A stretch of 64,000 nucleotides of DNA from Woeseiaceae bacterium (GCA_965658465.1 CBFHSG010000016.1:7985-71984); one strand, 5' to 3'; shown: positions 25,804 to 36,194, counted from the first letter of the stretch. Made by a program: numbers and translations. Notes: generated by a model from the sequence alone, not told the origin.

Positions 25804-26190
25804 TTACTCTTTGGAGTACAGGGCAGCCCACTCTTCTCGCGTCAGCTGATCGCGTAGCTCGAAGCGCAGATCGAGCGCGCGTTCCTGCCCGCGCTCCCAG
25901 TCGCGATTCAGCTCATCGAGCACAGCCTCGATCTCCGCGCGCCCCGCCGCATGATTACGATATGAACGGCTGATCGCCCTGCCCGATGACGTAAATTTTT
26001 TCCCGAAGGCGGTCACTTCTGCCTCGAGGTCGGCCAGCATCGATTGCGCAGCCTCGGCGCGCGTTGGATCCTCGACAACGATCGCAACCCGATCGCTCAG
26101 CTCTTCGACCGCTGCCGGCGTCAGCGCGCCGGCGTCGATGCCGGCAGCGCCGCCACCGAAAAAATACCAGTACATGAATGCCCAGAACAC
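25804..26190 (-). CDS. Small membrane-anchored protein, unknown function (paralog of 26192..26677)
   Basis: 128 aa, GTG start. Aromatic/Gly N-terminal anchor MFWAFMYWYFFGGG. The C-terminal part aligns by eye with the upstream gene (V-DP-RAE ... L-E/D-L/F-NR ... DL ... T--EW). Confidence 0.5.
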   Translation of the reverse strand: MFWAFMYWYFFGGGAAGIDAGALTPAAVEELSDRVAIVVEDPTRAEAAQSMLADLEAEVTAFGKKFTSSGRAISRSYRNHAAGRAEIEAVLDELNRDWERGQERALDLRFELRDQLTREEWAALYSKE

Positions 26191-26191
26191 G

Positions 26192-26677
26192 TCAGCCCCC
26201 TCGCGCCGCGGTGCCGTAGACGAGTTTCCGTGGGTCGAGCCGCTTCAACTGGAAGCGCGAAATGGTCTTCCACTCGTCCGCCGTCGTCGCTCCTTTCATC
26301 GCCACGACGAGATCGATGGTCTCTTGCTGTGCGGACTCGCGCTGCCGATTGAAGTCGGCGAGCAGCGCTTCGAGATCTTCGCGGCGGGTGTCGTAGTCTT
26401 CAGTCAGGGCCGCCAGTTTTTGCCGGTATGCGACCAGCCCCCTGGCATGCTGCTGCACGAGCCGGTCCCTCTCGCCCAGGAGTTCCACGAAGCGCTCGGC
26501 CCGTACCGGGTCAGCCACCGTTGCCCGCACGAGTTCGATCTCCTGCTCACGGGCCTCGGCGATCTGCGCCTGTACTTTGGCCGGGTCAGGCGGCTGCGTG
26601 AGTGTGGCGCAGGATGCCAGCAGGACGACCACGACCATGCAAGTGGTCGCCAGGAACAGGCCGGTCAAGGTCTTCAT
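26192..26677 (-). CDS. Lipoprotein with helical/coiled-coil character, unknown function
   Basis: ORF 26192..26725. ATG 26675-26677 gives MKTLTGLFLATTCMVVVVLLASC (lipobox LASC). The next gene starts 1 nt after the stop. Confidence 0.55.
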   Translation of the reverse strand: MKTLTGLFLATTCMVVVVLLASCATLTQPPDPAKVQAQIAEAREQEIELVRATVADPVRAERFVELLGERDRLVQQHARGLVAYRQKLAALTEDYDTRREDLEALLADFNRQRESAQQETIDLVVAMKGATTADEWKTISRFQLKRLDPRKLVYGTAARGG

Positions 26678-26780
26678 TTGTTCTCCCACGGGCCAGCAAG
26701 GGATTTTGGCGCAGGTATTTGTCACAATTGTGGCACCAAACTCGCCGCCTTACATTGTTTTGATTCAGGACAACGCGAAT

Positions 26781-28346
26781 ATGTCGATTTACGACGGTAC
26801 CAGATACGCAAGGTCGGCAGGCCGTTGGCGAACCCGGATTTCGCTGCCGGTTCTTGCGCTCATGCTGTGGGCCTGCGCCGGACCGCAGCTGCAACAGGAT
26901 TTCGAGCGCCCGGAACCCAGTTATGCCCTTGCGCCGGCAAGGACAGGCACACTCGCGGACATAGCCGCCCGTATTCGTGCGGCTAACGGCCCCGAGCGCT
27001 CCGGGTTTCACCTGCTCGATGGCAGTCACGAATCGCTCGCGTGGCGGCTGGCGTTGATCGACTCCGCGGTCTCGTCGATCGATATCATGACCTACCTCTG
27101 GTACCCGGATGCCTCCGGCCGCCTGGTATTGGAACGAGCGGTCCTTGCTGCGAGACGCGGCGTCCACGTTCGGCTCGTCGTGGATGACCTGATGACGGTG
27201 GGTCAGGAGCAGCTTCTCGCCGATCTCGAACGGCAGCCTAACATCGAGCTGCGCCTCTTCAATCCCTGGAAGAAGCGTGACGTCGTCTCACGAGGCGGCG
27301 AGATGATCGCCGAGATGGAACGGCTGAACACGCGAATGCACGACAAGCTGCTGATTGCGGACGGCCGCGCCGCGATCCTTGGCGGACGCAATATCGGTGA
27401 TCACTACTTCGGCCTGAACAAGAATTACAACTTCCATGATCTCGATGTGATTGCGTTCGGTGAAATCGCCGAGGAATCCAACGGCATGTTCGACGAATTC
27501 TGGAACAGCGAGTGGGTAGCGTCGGCGGCCAACCTGACGACGGAGCCCGACCCGGAACGCGCGGCCGCTTCGTGGACCAAGCTGCAACAGAAAAACCGCG
27601 GCGCAGAAGCGCTGTCTTCGTTTCCGATCGAGCCGAAAGACTGGACGCAGGACTTTGCCGACCTCGAGCCGCTCCTGCTCCCCGGCACGGGCGACCTGGT
27701 TTACGACCAGGTAAGCGCGGAAGGCGTGACGCAGGGAATGCTGGGCCAGATGTTCGCCATTTTCGACAAGGCGGAGGAGGAGTTGCTCATCACCAATGCC
27801 TATATCATCCCGGGCGAACGCGGCATGGCGTTCTTTCGTGCGCTCAACGAGCGTGGAGTTGACGTGCGCATACTGACGAACTCCCTGGCCTCGCACGACG
27901 TGCCGGCGGTGAACAGCCATTACGAGCCGTGGCGGGACGAAATTCTCGAAACCGGCACGAAGCTTTACGAACTGCGAGCGGACGCCGCTATTCAGTCGAT
28001 CGTCGACGTGCCGCCCGTTGCCGCGAAGTTCGTAGGACTGCACACGAAAGCATCAGTATCGGACGGCCGGCACGTATTCATCGGCTCGATGAACCTCGAC
28101 CCGCGCTCCGCTGCGATCAACACCGAGATGGGCGCCGTCATCGACAGCCCGGGCCTCGGGCAGGAGCTGCGCAAACTGATGCTGCGCGATATGAACCCCG
28201 AGAACGCGTGGCAGGTGTCGCTGAACGACAGTGGCAAGCTGCAGTGGCAAAACAGCGACGAGACCGTCACCAGTCAGCCGACACGCAATTTCATGCAGAA
28301 CATAATGAACGTGATCTTCAAGGTCGTGCCGAAAGAACAGTTCTGA
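26781..28346 (+). CDS. Phospholipase D superfamily protein with two HKD motifs (ClsC/PLD-like), predicted lipoprotein
   Basis: ORF 26577..28346. ATG 26781 gives MSIYDGTRYARSAGRWRTRISLPVLALMLWAC. HKD motifs MHDKLLIADGRAAILGGRNIGD and LHTKASVSDGRHVFIGSMNLD. Confidence 0.8.
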   Translation: MSIYDGTRYARSAGRWRTRISLPVLALMLWACAGPQLQQDFERPEPSYALAPARTGTLADIAARIRAANGPERSGFHLLDGSHESLAWRLALIDSAVSSIDIMTYLWYPDASGRLVLERAVLAARRGVHVRLVVDDLMTVGQEQLLADLERQPNIELRLFNPWKKRDVVSRGGEMIAEMERLNTRMHDKLLIADGRAAILGGRNIGDHYFGLNKNYNFHDLDVIAFGEIAEESNGMFDEFWNSEWVASAANLTTEPDPERAAASWTKLQQKNRGAEALSSFPIEPKDWTQDFADLEPLLLPGTGDLVYDQVSAEGVTQGMLGQMFAIFDKAEEELLITNAYIIPGERGMAFFRALNERGVDVRILTNSLASHDVPAVNSHYEPWRDEILETGTKLYELRADAAIQSIVDVPPVAAKFVGLHTKASVSDGRHVFIGSMNLDPRSAAINTEMGAVIDSPGLGQELRKLMLRDMNPENAWQVSLNDSGKLQWQNSDETVTSQPTRNFMQNIMNVIFKVVPKEQF

Positions 28347-28354
28347 TCGTCGGG

Positions 28355-31300
28355 TCAGGCCTGGCTGTGTTTCGATGACAGCACGAGATAGACCGCGGGC
28401 ACCACGAACAGCGTAAACAGGGTGCCAATAGCCAGACCGGTCGCAATGACGAGGCCGATGTTGAAGCGACCCACGGCGCCGGGACCGGTTGCCAGCAGCA
28501 GCGGCACCATTGCCACGATCATGGCAACGGTCGTCATGAGAATAGGCCGCAGGCGTATTGCCGCCGCTTTCTCGATCGCATGGCGCCGCTCGAGACCGTC
28601 GCGCTCCCGCAGCTGGTTGGCGAATTCGACAATCAGGATGCCGTTCTTGGAGATGAGGCCGATCAGGGTGATCAGGCCGACCTGGGTGTAGATATTGACC
28701 GTCGCAAACCCCAGCGTCATGAAAATAAGCGCGCCGGCGATCGACATTGGAACAGACACGAGAATGATCAAGGGATCCCGCCAGCTTTCGAATTGCGCCG
28801 CCAGCACGAGATAGATCACGATCAGGGCGAGGAAGAACGTAACCAGCAACGCACTGCCCTGCTCGGCATACTGCCGTGACTCCCCGCCGTAGTCGATCGA
28901 GTACCCGCTCGGCAGAATGTCTGCCGCCGCGTTCCTCAGGAAATCGATGCCGGCACCCAGCGAGGAACCCGCCGCCATCGTTCCCTCCACGGTGACAGCG
29001 TTGAGCTGCTGGAATTGCGTGCGCTGGCTCGGCTCGACCGAGCGCTCGATCCTGATCAATGCCGACAGCGGCACCTGTTCGCCGCCAGCACCCGGCACAT
29101 GGTAGTCGTCCAGCATTTCGGTCGTGAGCCGGAAGTCGCGCTCGAGCTGCGGAATCACCTTGTAGCTGCGGCCCTCGAGGTTGAAGCGGTTCACGTAGCC
29201 CTCGCCCAGCATCACCGACAGCGTGCGGCCGATGTCCGCCATTGCGATACCGAGATCGCCGGCGCGATTCCGATCGATCACGAGCGTGGCTCGCGGCCGC
29301 GAGAACTCGATGCTCTTTCTGAGGAATCCGAACAGCCCGCTCTGCATGCCCGCACCGATGATCTGGTCGGCATACGCGTCGATATCGCGAAACCCGCCGT
29401 CAGACTGGATGACGAACTGCACGGGAAGACCGCCACGATTTCCCGGCAGGCTCGGCCGCGGAAATACGCCGACCTGCATACCGGCTATCGTGCTGAGGGC
29501 GGACTGGAGGTCGGGAAGTACTTCCAGTATGAATCGATCGCGCTCCGATGGCGGCTCCATCTTGAACCCGCCGAACATGGTGTTTGAACCGCCCCGGCCC
29601 ATGAAAAGGAAGCTCGTGTGCTCCTCCGGCATGGTCTTGAACCGCTCGATTACCTGGCGCGTATAGACTTCGTTGTATTCGATGGTCGCGGTTTGCGGCG
29701 CGCGGCCCTGCACGAACAGGATGCTCTGGTCCTCGACCGGCGCCAGTTCGCTCGGCGTCGTCACGAACATGAAGTAAATGCTGACCAGCACGATCGCGGC
29801 GAACGTCATGGTGACCGGCACGTAATCGAGCGTCCGGCTCAGCCGCTTGCGGTAACCCTCCGCGAGACGTTCGAAGAATCGCTCAACGACGGCTTCGAAG
29901 CGGCCGGGCTCGCCCTGGCGGTGCAGCACCTTGGCCGACAGCACGGGCGATAACGTGAGTGCGACGACCCCGGATACGACCACCGCCCCGGCCAGGGCGA
30001 AGGCAAATTCGGTAAACAGCGTGCCGATGAGCCCGGACATGAAGCCGATGGGCGCATAAACGGCGACCAGGGTCGTCGTCATTGCAATGACCGGCATGCC
30101 AATCTCGCGGGCTGCATCGATGGCTGCGTCAAACCGGGACTTGCCCATCTCGATGTGCCGGTGCACGTTCTCGACCACGATGATCGCATCGTCGACGACG
30201 AGTCCGATAGCCAGCACCATCGCCAGCAAGGTCAGCAGGTTGACCGAGAACCCCATCAGCAACATGAGGAAACCGCCACCGATGAGCGACAGCGGCACGG
30301 CCAGTCCCGGCACGATCGCCGCACGCATCGACCCGAGAGACAGGTAGATCACGAACAGCACGATCAGCAGCGCCTCGGCGAGCGTCTTGAAGACTTCCCG
30401 GATCGAATCCTCGATGTACTGGCTGGCGTCATAGCCTATCCGCGCCGTCATGACGGCGGGAATCTGCCGCTTGATCTCTTCCATCTCCACGCGCACACGG
30501 CCGGCGACCGACAGCGGGTTGGCGCCGGGTGCCGGTTCAACCGCGATTACCGTGCCGGGCGAACCGTTGAACAAGGTCATCGAGTCGTAGCTTTCGGAAC
30601 CGAGTTCGATGCGCGCGATATCCTCCAGCCTGACGAGGGTGCGGTCGTCGCGGCGCACGACGAGACGCCGAAAATCCTCCACGGTCGCAACGTCCGTGGT
30701 TGCCGACAGGTTGGTCAGCACGTAAGTACCCTTGATCTGGCCGGCGGCCGAAAGGAAGTTATTGGCGTTCAGCACGGCGGCCACCTCGGCCGCTGACACG
30801 TCCAGCGCCGCCATCCGTCTCGGATCCAGCCACACACGCATTGCGAATGTGCGGCTGCCGAACAGCTCCGCCTTGGCGACGCCGCTGACCGCCTGGATCT
30901 TCGGCTGCACGACGCGCAGCAGGTAATCCGTCGTTTCCGACGCGCTCATCTGGTCGCTGTAGAAAACGATATACATCAACGCGGACTGGTCACCCGTCGT
31001 CGAGTCGATGACGGGATCCTCGGACTCGGCCGGCAGTTCGCCGCGCCGGCTGGCGACCTTGGCCTGGATTTCGGCGACCGCGGCGTTCGAATCGTAGTTG
31101 AGCGCCATGTAGGCCTGGATGACAGAGCGGCCCTGCGAGCTTTGAGACACGAGGAAATCGATCCCCTCGGCTTCGGCAATGGCCTGCTGCAGTGGCGTCG
31201 TGATAAAGCCCTGGATGAGTTCGCTGCTGGCGCCGGGATAGGCTGTGGAAACCGTCACGACCGTGTTGCTGATCTCCGGAAACTCGCGCACTTCCAGGAC

Positions 31301-31390
31301 GGTCAGGGAACGCAGGCCGATCACGAGGATCAACAGGCTGATGACGCTCGCCAGTACCGGGCGCTGGATGAAATGGTCGGTGAATTTCAT
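28355..31390 (-). CDS. RND efflux transporter, inner-membrane permease (AcrB/HAE family)
   Basis: 1011 aa. MKFTDHFIQRPVLASVISLLILVIGLRS. 12-TM/two-loop architecture. The ATG overlaps the adaptor gene's stop (ATGA). Confidence 0.9.
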   Translation of the reverse strand: MKFTDHFIQRPVLASVISLLILVIGLRSLTVLEVREFPEISNTVVTVSTAYPGASSELIQGFITTPLQQAIAEAEGIDFLVSQSSQGRSVIQAYMALNYDSNAAVAEIQAKVASRRGELPAESEDPVIDSTTGDQSALMYIVFYSDQMSASETTDYLLRVVQPKIQAVSGVAKAELFGSRTFAMRVWLDPRRMAALDVSAAEVAAVLNANNFLSAAGQIKGTYVLTNLSATTDVATVEDFRRLVVRRDDRTLVRLEDIARIELGSESYDSMTLFNGSPGTVIAVEPAPGANPLSVAGRVRVEMEEIKRQIPAVMTARIGYDASQYIEDSIREVFKTLAEALLIVLFVIYLSLGSMRAAIVPGLAVPLSLIGGGFLMLLMGFSVNLLTLLAMVLAIGLVVDDAIIVVENVHRHIEMGKSRFDAAIDAAREIGMPVIAMTTTLVAVYAPIGFMSGLIGTLFTEFAFALAGAVVVSGVVALTLSPVLSAKVLHRQGEPGRFEAVVERFFERLAEGYRKRLSRTLDYVPVTMTFAAIVLVSIYFMFVTTPSELAPVEDQSILFVQGRAPQTATIEYNEVYTRQVIERFKTMPEEHTSFLFMGRGGSNTMFGGFKMEPPSERDRFILEVLPDLQSALSTIAGMQVGVFPRPSLPGNRGGLPVQFVIQSDGGFRDIDAYADQIIGAGMQSGLFGFLRKSIEFSRPRATLVIDRNRAGDLGIAMADIGRTLSVMLGEGYVNRFNLEGRSYKVIPQLERDFRLTTEMLDDYHVPGAGGEQVPLSALIRIERSVEPSQRTQFQQLNAVTVEGTMAAGSSLGAGIDFLRNAAADILPSGYSIDYGGESRQYAEQGSALLVTFFLALIVIYLVLAAQFESWRDPLIILVSVPMSIAGALIFMTLGFATVNIYTQVGLITLIGLISKNGILIVEFANQLRERDGLERRHAIEKAAAIRLRPILMTTVAMIVAMVPLLLATGPGAVGRFNIGLVIATGLAIGTLFTLFVVPAVYLVLSSKHSQA

Positions 31391-32514
31391 TGGCGCGGAT
31401 TCAGCGCATCCGGATCCACGGAATTGTCGACGGAAATCGCCTGGCCGTTGCGCAACTTGTTGTGGCCGTCGCTGACGACCTCAGTGCCTTCGTCGAGGCC
31501 GCTGATGATCTCTATACGGCCATTGCGAACCTGGCCGGTCTTGATCTGCGTCAGCGCGACGGTCTTCGTGCCGCCCGCTTCGTTGACGACGAAGACCGAC
31601 TCACCGTAAGGATTATAGGTCACCGCACGCTCCGGCAAGGTCAGCACCTTGTCTCTCTCTTCGAGCAGGGTGTCGACCTCCGCAAACATGCCCGGTCGCA
31701 GACGCCTGTCAGCGTTCTCGATCAGCGCCCGGATGCGCACGCTACGCGATGCCGTCTGGATACTGGGACTAATGGCGTAAATGCTCCCCTCGAAGACGTT
31801 ATCCGGATACGCCTGTACCCTCACGGTGACCTCCTGGCCGATGTGAAGCTCGGACAGGTAGCGCTCGGGCAGCGAGTACTCGGCGTAGATCGGATCGAGC
31901 CCGACCAGCTGCACGATCTCGTCGCCCGGCGCCAGGTACTGCCCGGGATTGATGATGCGTATACCGAGTTCGCCGGCGAACGGCGTGCGTATCGACTTCT
32001 TGCGAATCATCGCCTGTTTTGCGGCGATCTCTGCTTCGGTACGGTCCAGCTTCGCCTGTGCCTCATCCAGTTCTGATCGCGGACCCAGATTATCGCTGAC
32101 GATCTGGGAAACGCGATTGCGTGTGATCTCGGCAAGCCGCCGGTCCGCCTGCAGCGCTTCCAGCTCCGCCTTGTCCACGTCAACGTCGAGCTCGACCAGG
32201 AGTTCTCCTTCATCGACAGGCTGCCCGGAGTCGAAATAGATCTCGCGAATAATCCCCGGTACTTCCGCCGAGACCACCACTCCGCGCGTCGGCATGATGG
32301 AGCCGATCGCCTCCAGCGTCGGCTGCCAGCGCTCGCCCGCAACACGCCGGGTGGACACGACCGCGGGAGGCGGACCGGCGTTCGCGGCCGCCTGTTTCTG
32401 CATTTGCAGGTACTTCCAACCGAACACGCCACCGAAAACGAGCGCAAGGAATACGAGTACGACTGCCAGTCTTTTGATCAAGGGTTCTTCGCCAGGTTGA
32501 GAGAGGTTCTGCAA
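31387..32514 (-). CDS. RND efflux periplasmic adaptor (membrane-fusion protein)
   Basis: 375 aa from TTG 32514. An alternative TTG at 32481 gives MIKRLAVVLVFLALVF. Lipoyl/hairpin/beta-barrel segments (…GELLVELD…, …IRTPFAGELG…). No outer-membrane factor gene adjacent. Confidence 0.85.
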   Translation of the reverse strand: MQNLSQPGEEPLIKRLAVVLVFLALVFGGVFGWKYLQMQKQAAANAGPPPAVVSTRRVAGERWQPTLEAIGSIMPTRGVVVSAEVPGIIREIYFDSGQPVDEGELLVELDVDVDKAELEALQADRRLAEITRNRVSQIVSDNLGPRSELDEAQAKLDRTEAEIAAKQAMIRKKSIRTPFAGELGIRIINPGQYLAPGDEIVQLVGLDPIYAEYSLPERYLSELHIGQEVTVRVQAYPDNVFEGSIYAISPSIQTASRSVRIRALIENADRRLRPGMFAEVDTLLEERDKVLTLPERAVTYNPYGESVFVVNEAGGTKTVALTQIKTGQVRNGRIEIISGLDEGTEVVSDGHNKLRNGQAISVDNSVDPDALNPRQ

Positions 32515-32664
32515 ATGCCGCTTGCAACGGCGGCGGACCGATTATTGTAACTGACGACAGCGGGCCAACGACTACTGTGATGGCCCGGAATGCCGGCCGG
32601 GTCGCGGCCCCACGTCAACCAAGCTATACTTTCGCATGGAGTTTTTATCAATTTAAACAAGAGC

Positions 32665-33315
32665 GTGTACAGCTTTTCCAGAAAATACCGTAGCAACGGA
32701 GTGAACCGGACCGCCCCTGTCCTCGCCCTGTTCGTGATTCCGGCACTGCTGCTCTCGAGCTGCGCCACGACGCCGCCCGAGAATGTCGAGAACATCTGCG
32801 CGATTTTCGAGGAGAAGCGCGGCTGGTACAAGGCCGCGAAAAAGTCCGAGAAGCGATGGGGCACGCCGGCGCACGTGCAGATGTCGATCATCCGACAGGA
32901 GTCGACGTTCCAATTCGACGCCAAGCCGCCGCGTACGAAGTTGCTCGGATTCATTCCCTGGAAGCGCCCGTCCGATGCTTATGGATATGCGCAAGCTCTC
33001 GAGAGCACCTGGAGGGCTTATCAGAAAGACACCGGGCGGCGCTTCGCCGACCGCGACGATTTCGACGACGCCATCGACTTCGTCGGCTGGTACACGGACA
33101 ACACGCACCAGGCTGTCGGGATCTCCAAGTGGGACCCGTACAACCAGTACCTCGCGTATCACGAGGGCGCGACGGGCTGGAAGCGCGGCACTTACAAGCG
33201 CAAGGACTGGCTCAAGGATACGGCGCGCCGCGTCGATTACCGCGCCCGCGAATGGGGCGCGCAGCTGAAGCGCTGTGAAGACAACCTCGACACCGGCTGG
33301 TGGATTTTCGGCTGA
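32665..33315 (+). CDS. Lipoprotein with lytic-transglycosylase (SLT-like) catalytic motif
   Basis: ORF 32590..33315. I prefer GTG 32665 (…NRTAPVLALFVIPALLLSSC lipobox) because a TATACT -10-like box lies at about 32624. ...HVQMSIIRQESTFQFDAKP... carries the E-S catalytic motif. The start is uncertain. Confidence 0.6.
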   Translation: MYSFSRKYRSNGVNRTAPVLALFVIPALLLSSCATTPPENVENICAIFEEKRGWYKAAKKSEKRWGTPAHVQMSIIRQESTFQFDAKPPRTKLLGFIPWKRPSDAYGYAQALESTWRAYQKDTGRRFADRDDFDDAIDFVGWYTDNTHQAVGISKWDPYNQYLAYHEGATGWKRGTYKRKDWLKDTARRVDYRAREWGAQLKRCEDNLDTGWWIFG

Positions 33316-33330
33316 TCGCCGGCGACCCGG

Positions 33331-34443
33331 CTAAACGGGCAATTCGCCGAAATCTTCCACCGACGACTCAAGTGACTTGCTGTCGCGTTTGAAGGTCGGA
33401 TTACTCTGCAGGTAGTAGCCGAGCAATTCGCCGAGCGCGATCAGGCTATTCTCGTGGCATCGTTCGTAACCATGGGTGGCGTCAGTGCCGAAACAGACCA
33501 GCGCCGTGCGGATGTCGTTGCCGGCCTCGATCGCCGACGCACTGTCGCAGCGGTAAAAGCGAAAGACGTCCCGCTTGTGCCTTATTCCGTGCTCGGTGCA
33601 CAGGTCCAGCAGCTTGTGGGTCAGGTGGTAGTCGAATGGTCCCGAGGAGTCCTTCATGCAGACAGTGACACCGAACTCGTCAGTGTTCTGTCCGGGTGCC
33701 GAAGGTCCGGCATCGATGGTCAGCATCTCGGAGACGTCGCCGTGCAGAACGCCAGACGCTCCTGAACCGACTTCCTCGGATATCGTGAACAACAGGTGGC
33801 AGTCCATCGGCAGCGTAAGCTTACGTTTCTTGATTTCACGGGCCACGGCCAGCAGGACCGCGGCACCCGCCTTGTCGTCCAGGTATCGCGAACAGATGAA
33901 CCCGGTCTCGGGCATGTGCGTCTCGGTATCGAGGGCGATGAAGTCGCCCACGTTAACGCCCAGCTGCACCAGGTCGTCGCGACTGTAAAGCGGATGATCG
34001 ATGCGCATCTCGACGGTGTCCCAGCTTACGGGAAGCGTGTCGATTTCGGCATCGTACGTATGCCCCGAGGCCTTTATCGGCAGGATCGTTCCCACGAACT
34101 TGCCGTTGTCCGAATAGATGGTCGCCCGTGCGCCTTCCGCGAACCGGCTCGACCACGTGCCGATCGGGCTCAGCGTGACGCGGCCATTGTCCTTCAGTTC
34201 CTTGACCATCGCTCCGAGCGTGTCGAGATGCACGACGATCGACCGGTCGGGACTGTAAATTTCACCGCTCAGGTCCGCGCGTATCGCTCCGCGGCGCGTC
34301 ATCTCGTAGGAGATGCCGAGTCGCTCGAGTTCCTCGCAGGTAAAGCGCACCGCTTCGTCGGTGAATCCGGCGGGACTGGGTATCGCAAGCAGTTCGCTGA
34401 GAATTCGCCGGACGTAGCCCATATCCGGGGTTATGCGTTCCAT
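33331..34443 (-). CDS. M42 family peptidase of the NAGGN osmoprotectant gene trio
   Basis: 370 aa. ...LLAIPSPAGFTDEAV...VHLDTLGAMV...SRYLDDKAGAAVLL...FTISEEVGSGAS. Last gene of the asnO-ngg-M42 operon. Confidence 0.8.
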   Translation of the reverse strand: MERITPDMGYVRRILSELLAIPSPAGFTDEAVRFTCEELERLGISYEMTRRGAIRADLSGEIYSPDRSIVVHLDTLGAMVKELKDNGRVTLSPIGTWSSRFAEGARATIYSDNGKFVGTILPIKASGHTYDAEIDTLPVSWDTVEMRIDHPLYSRDDLVQLGVNVGDFIALDTETHMPETGFICSRYLDDKAGAAVLLAVAREIKKRKLTLPMDCHLLFTISEEVGSGASGVLHGDVSEMLTIDAGPSAPGQNTDEFGVTVCMKDSSGPFDYHLTHKLLDLCTEHGIRHKRDVFRFYRCDSASAIEAGNDIRTALVCFGTDATHGYERCHENSLIALGELLGYYLQSNPTFKRDSKSLESSVEDFGELPV

Positions 34444-34457
34444 TATTGTTGTGCTCC

Positions 34458-36194
34458 TCAGGCCGCAGTTTGCGGAAACAGGTAATCGATAAAGCGCTCT
34501 GCCGTCGGCTGCGGCTCGTGGTTGGCAAGCCCCGGCCGCTCGTTTGCTTCTATGACACGATAGCCGGGCTTATCTGGCGCATCAACGATGAGGTCGAGAC
34601 CCACGACGGGAATGCCGAGTGTCCTGGCCGCGAGGAGCGCCGCGCTCGCGAGCTCGGCATGCAGCTTGTCCGTTACATCGTGCAGCGTGCCGCCGGTATG
34701 CAGGTTTGCCGTGTCGCGAACCTGTATGACACGCCCCTCTTCGGGCACCGATTCCATCGACAGGCCCGCCTTTGCCAGGCAGCGTTCGGTCTCGTCATCG
34801 ACAGGTATCCGGCTCTCCCCGTCCGTCGCTGCGGCACGCCGGCGGCTCTGCTTTGCAATCAGGGTCCTTACGCTGTCCTTGCCGTTGCCCGCGATGCTGG
34901 CCGGGCGGCGCACCGCCGCCGCAACGACCTCTCCGTCGATGACGATGATGCGAAGGTCTTCGCCGGACACGAATTCTTCCAGCATGACCTCGTCGTCATG
35001 GTTCTGCGCCAGCGCTATGGCCGATCGCAATTCGTCCTCGTTACTGATGCCGACACTCACGCCGTTGCCTTGCTCGCCGCGTACGGGCTTGACCACAACT
35101 TCACCGTGCTGTTCCAAAAACGCACGGTTTGCCGCGTCGTCTCCCGCAAGTCGGTTATCAGGCACTTCGACTCCGGCTTTTTTCAAAAGTCGCTGTGTCA
35201 CTCGCTTGTCGTCACAGCGACTCATGGCGACCGCCGACGTCATATCCGACAGCGATTCCCTGCAGGCGATCGAACGCGCGCCGAAGGCGAGTTCGAAATA
35301 GCCACCATCCGGATCCACCAGGTCAACCGCGATTCCGCGGCGTCTCGCTTCATCGACGATGATGCGCGCATACGGATTCAAGTCGTCGTCGGAAGCCTCC
35401 GAGCCTGAATACAGCGGCTCGTTGATGGCATTCTTCTTCTTGATGCAGAACACCGGCACCCGCTGGAAGCCCATTTTTTCATAGAGACTGATGACGGCCG
35501 CGTTGTCGTGCATGACGGAGAGGTCCATGTAGTCACGGCCGCGCGCGGCGAAGTGATCGGCAAGACTCGCTGTCAGGGCACGCCCGATGCCGGGATGGGA
35601 GGCCTGCGGGTCGACGGCCAGCGCCCAGAGGCTGGAACCGTTTTCAACGTCATTGAAGGCGCGGTGATGGTCGACACCCATCACCGTGCCGATGATTTCG
35701 CCGGAACGCTCGTCCTCTGCCACGAAATGCGTCAGCACTTTCGATGTGATTTGCGACAGGATGAAATCCGCTCCCGCAGGCACCATGTTGCGGCTTGCGA
35801 GCAGTCGGCCAATGGCATCGGCATCCGAGCTGCCCTGTGCGCGGCGCACACGAAAGCCGCGTGGCAGGACGCGTGATGCGCGGTAGGTATGCAGCCAGAG
35901 CCGGTAGGTGTGTGACGGATCCAGGAACAGGTCGTGCGGTTTCAGCGCAAGAACCACGTGCGGGTCCTTGATGTAGAGCGCAATGTTTCGCTGGTCGGGT
36001 TTCTCGTCACAGATCGCGTCCGCGAGACGCTGATTGTCGTTGAACGTGTGGGCGAAAATCAGTCGCCCCCAGCCGCAATCGATCATCGCCTCGCTGGCGA
36101 GTTGCTTTCCCTTTACGCGCTTCGGCGCATCCCAGTTGCGCAGCGTGGGTGTGCCCCGGCGCTCGACGCGGTGCCGCGTCTTGTCAGCCTTCAT
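34458..36194 (-). CDS. ngg: N-acetylglutaminylglutamine synthetase (GNAT + ATP-grasp bifunctional)
   Basis: 578 aa. N-terminal GNAT half (…IGTVMGVDHHRAF…VDPQASHPGIGRAL…) and C-terminal ATP-grasp half (…VVVKPVRGEQGNGVSV…VIEANERPGLANH). Overlaps asnO by 4 nt. Confidence 0.8.
   Translation of the reverse strand: MKADKTRHRVERRGTPTLRNWDAPKRVKGKQLASEAMIDCGWGRLIFAHTFNDNQRLADAICDEKPDQRNIALYIKDPHVVLALKPHDLFLDPSHTYRLWLHTYRASRVLPRGFRVRRAQGSSDADAIGRLLASRNMVPAGADFILSQITSKVLTHFVAEDERSGEIIGTVMGVDHHRAFNDVENGSSLWALAVDPQASHPGIGRALTASLADHFAARGRDYMDLSVMHDNAAVISLYEKMGFQRVPVFCIKKKNAINEPLYSGSEASDDDLNPYARIIVDEARRRGIAVDLVDPDGGYFELAFGARSIACRESLSDMTSAVAMSRCDDKRVTQRLLKKAGVEVPDNRLAGDDAANRAFLEQHGEVVVKPVRGEQGNGVSVGISNEDELRSAIALAQNHDDEVMLEEFVSGEDLRIIVIDGEVVAAAVRRPASIAGNGKDSVRTLIAKQSRRRAAATDGESRIPVDDETERCLAKAGLSMESVPEEGRVIQVRDTANLHTGGTLHDVTDKLHAELASAALLAARTLGIPVVGLDLIVDAPDKPGYRVIEANERPGLANHEPQPTAERFIDYLFPQTAA

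Noticed and set aside
26781-28346. The PLD-superfamily gene (and the second at 56896..58362) as a possible nuclease-type defence gene
   Set aside because: Both have two HKD motifs, phospholipid-enzyme size and membrane or lipoprotein anchors. One is a textbook ClsA. There are no neighbouring defence-type genes (helicase, methylase, ATPase).
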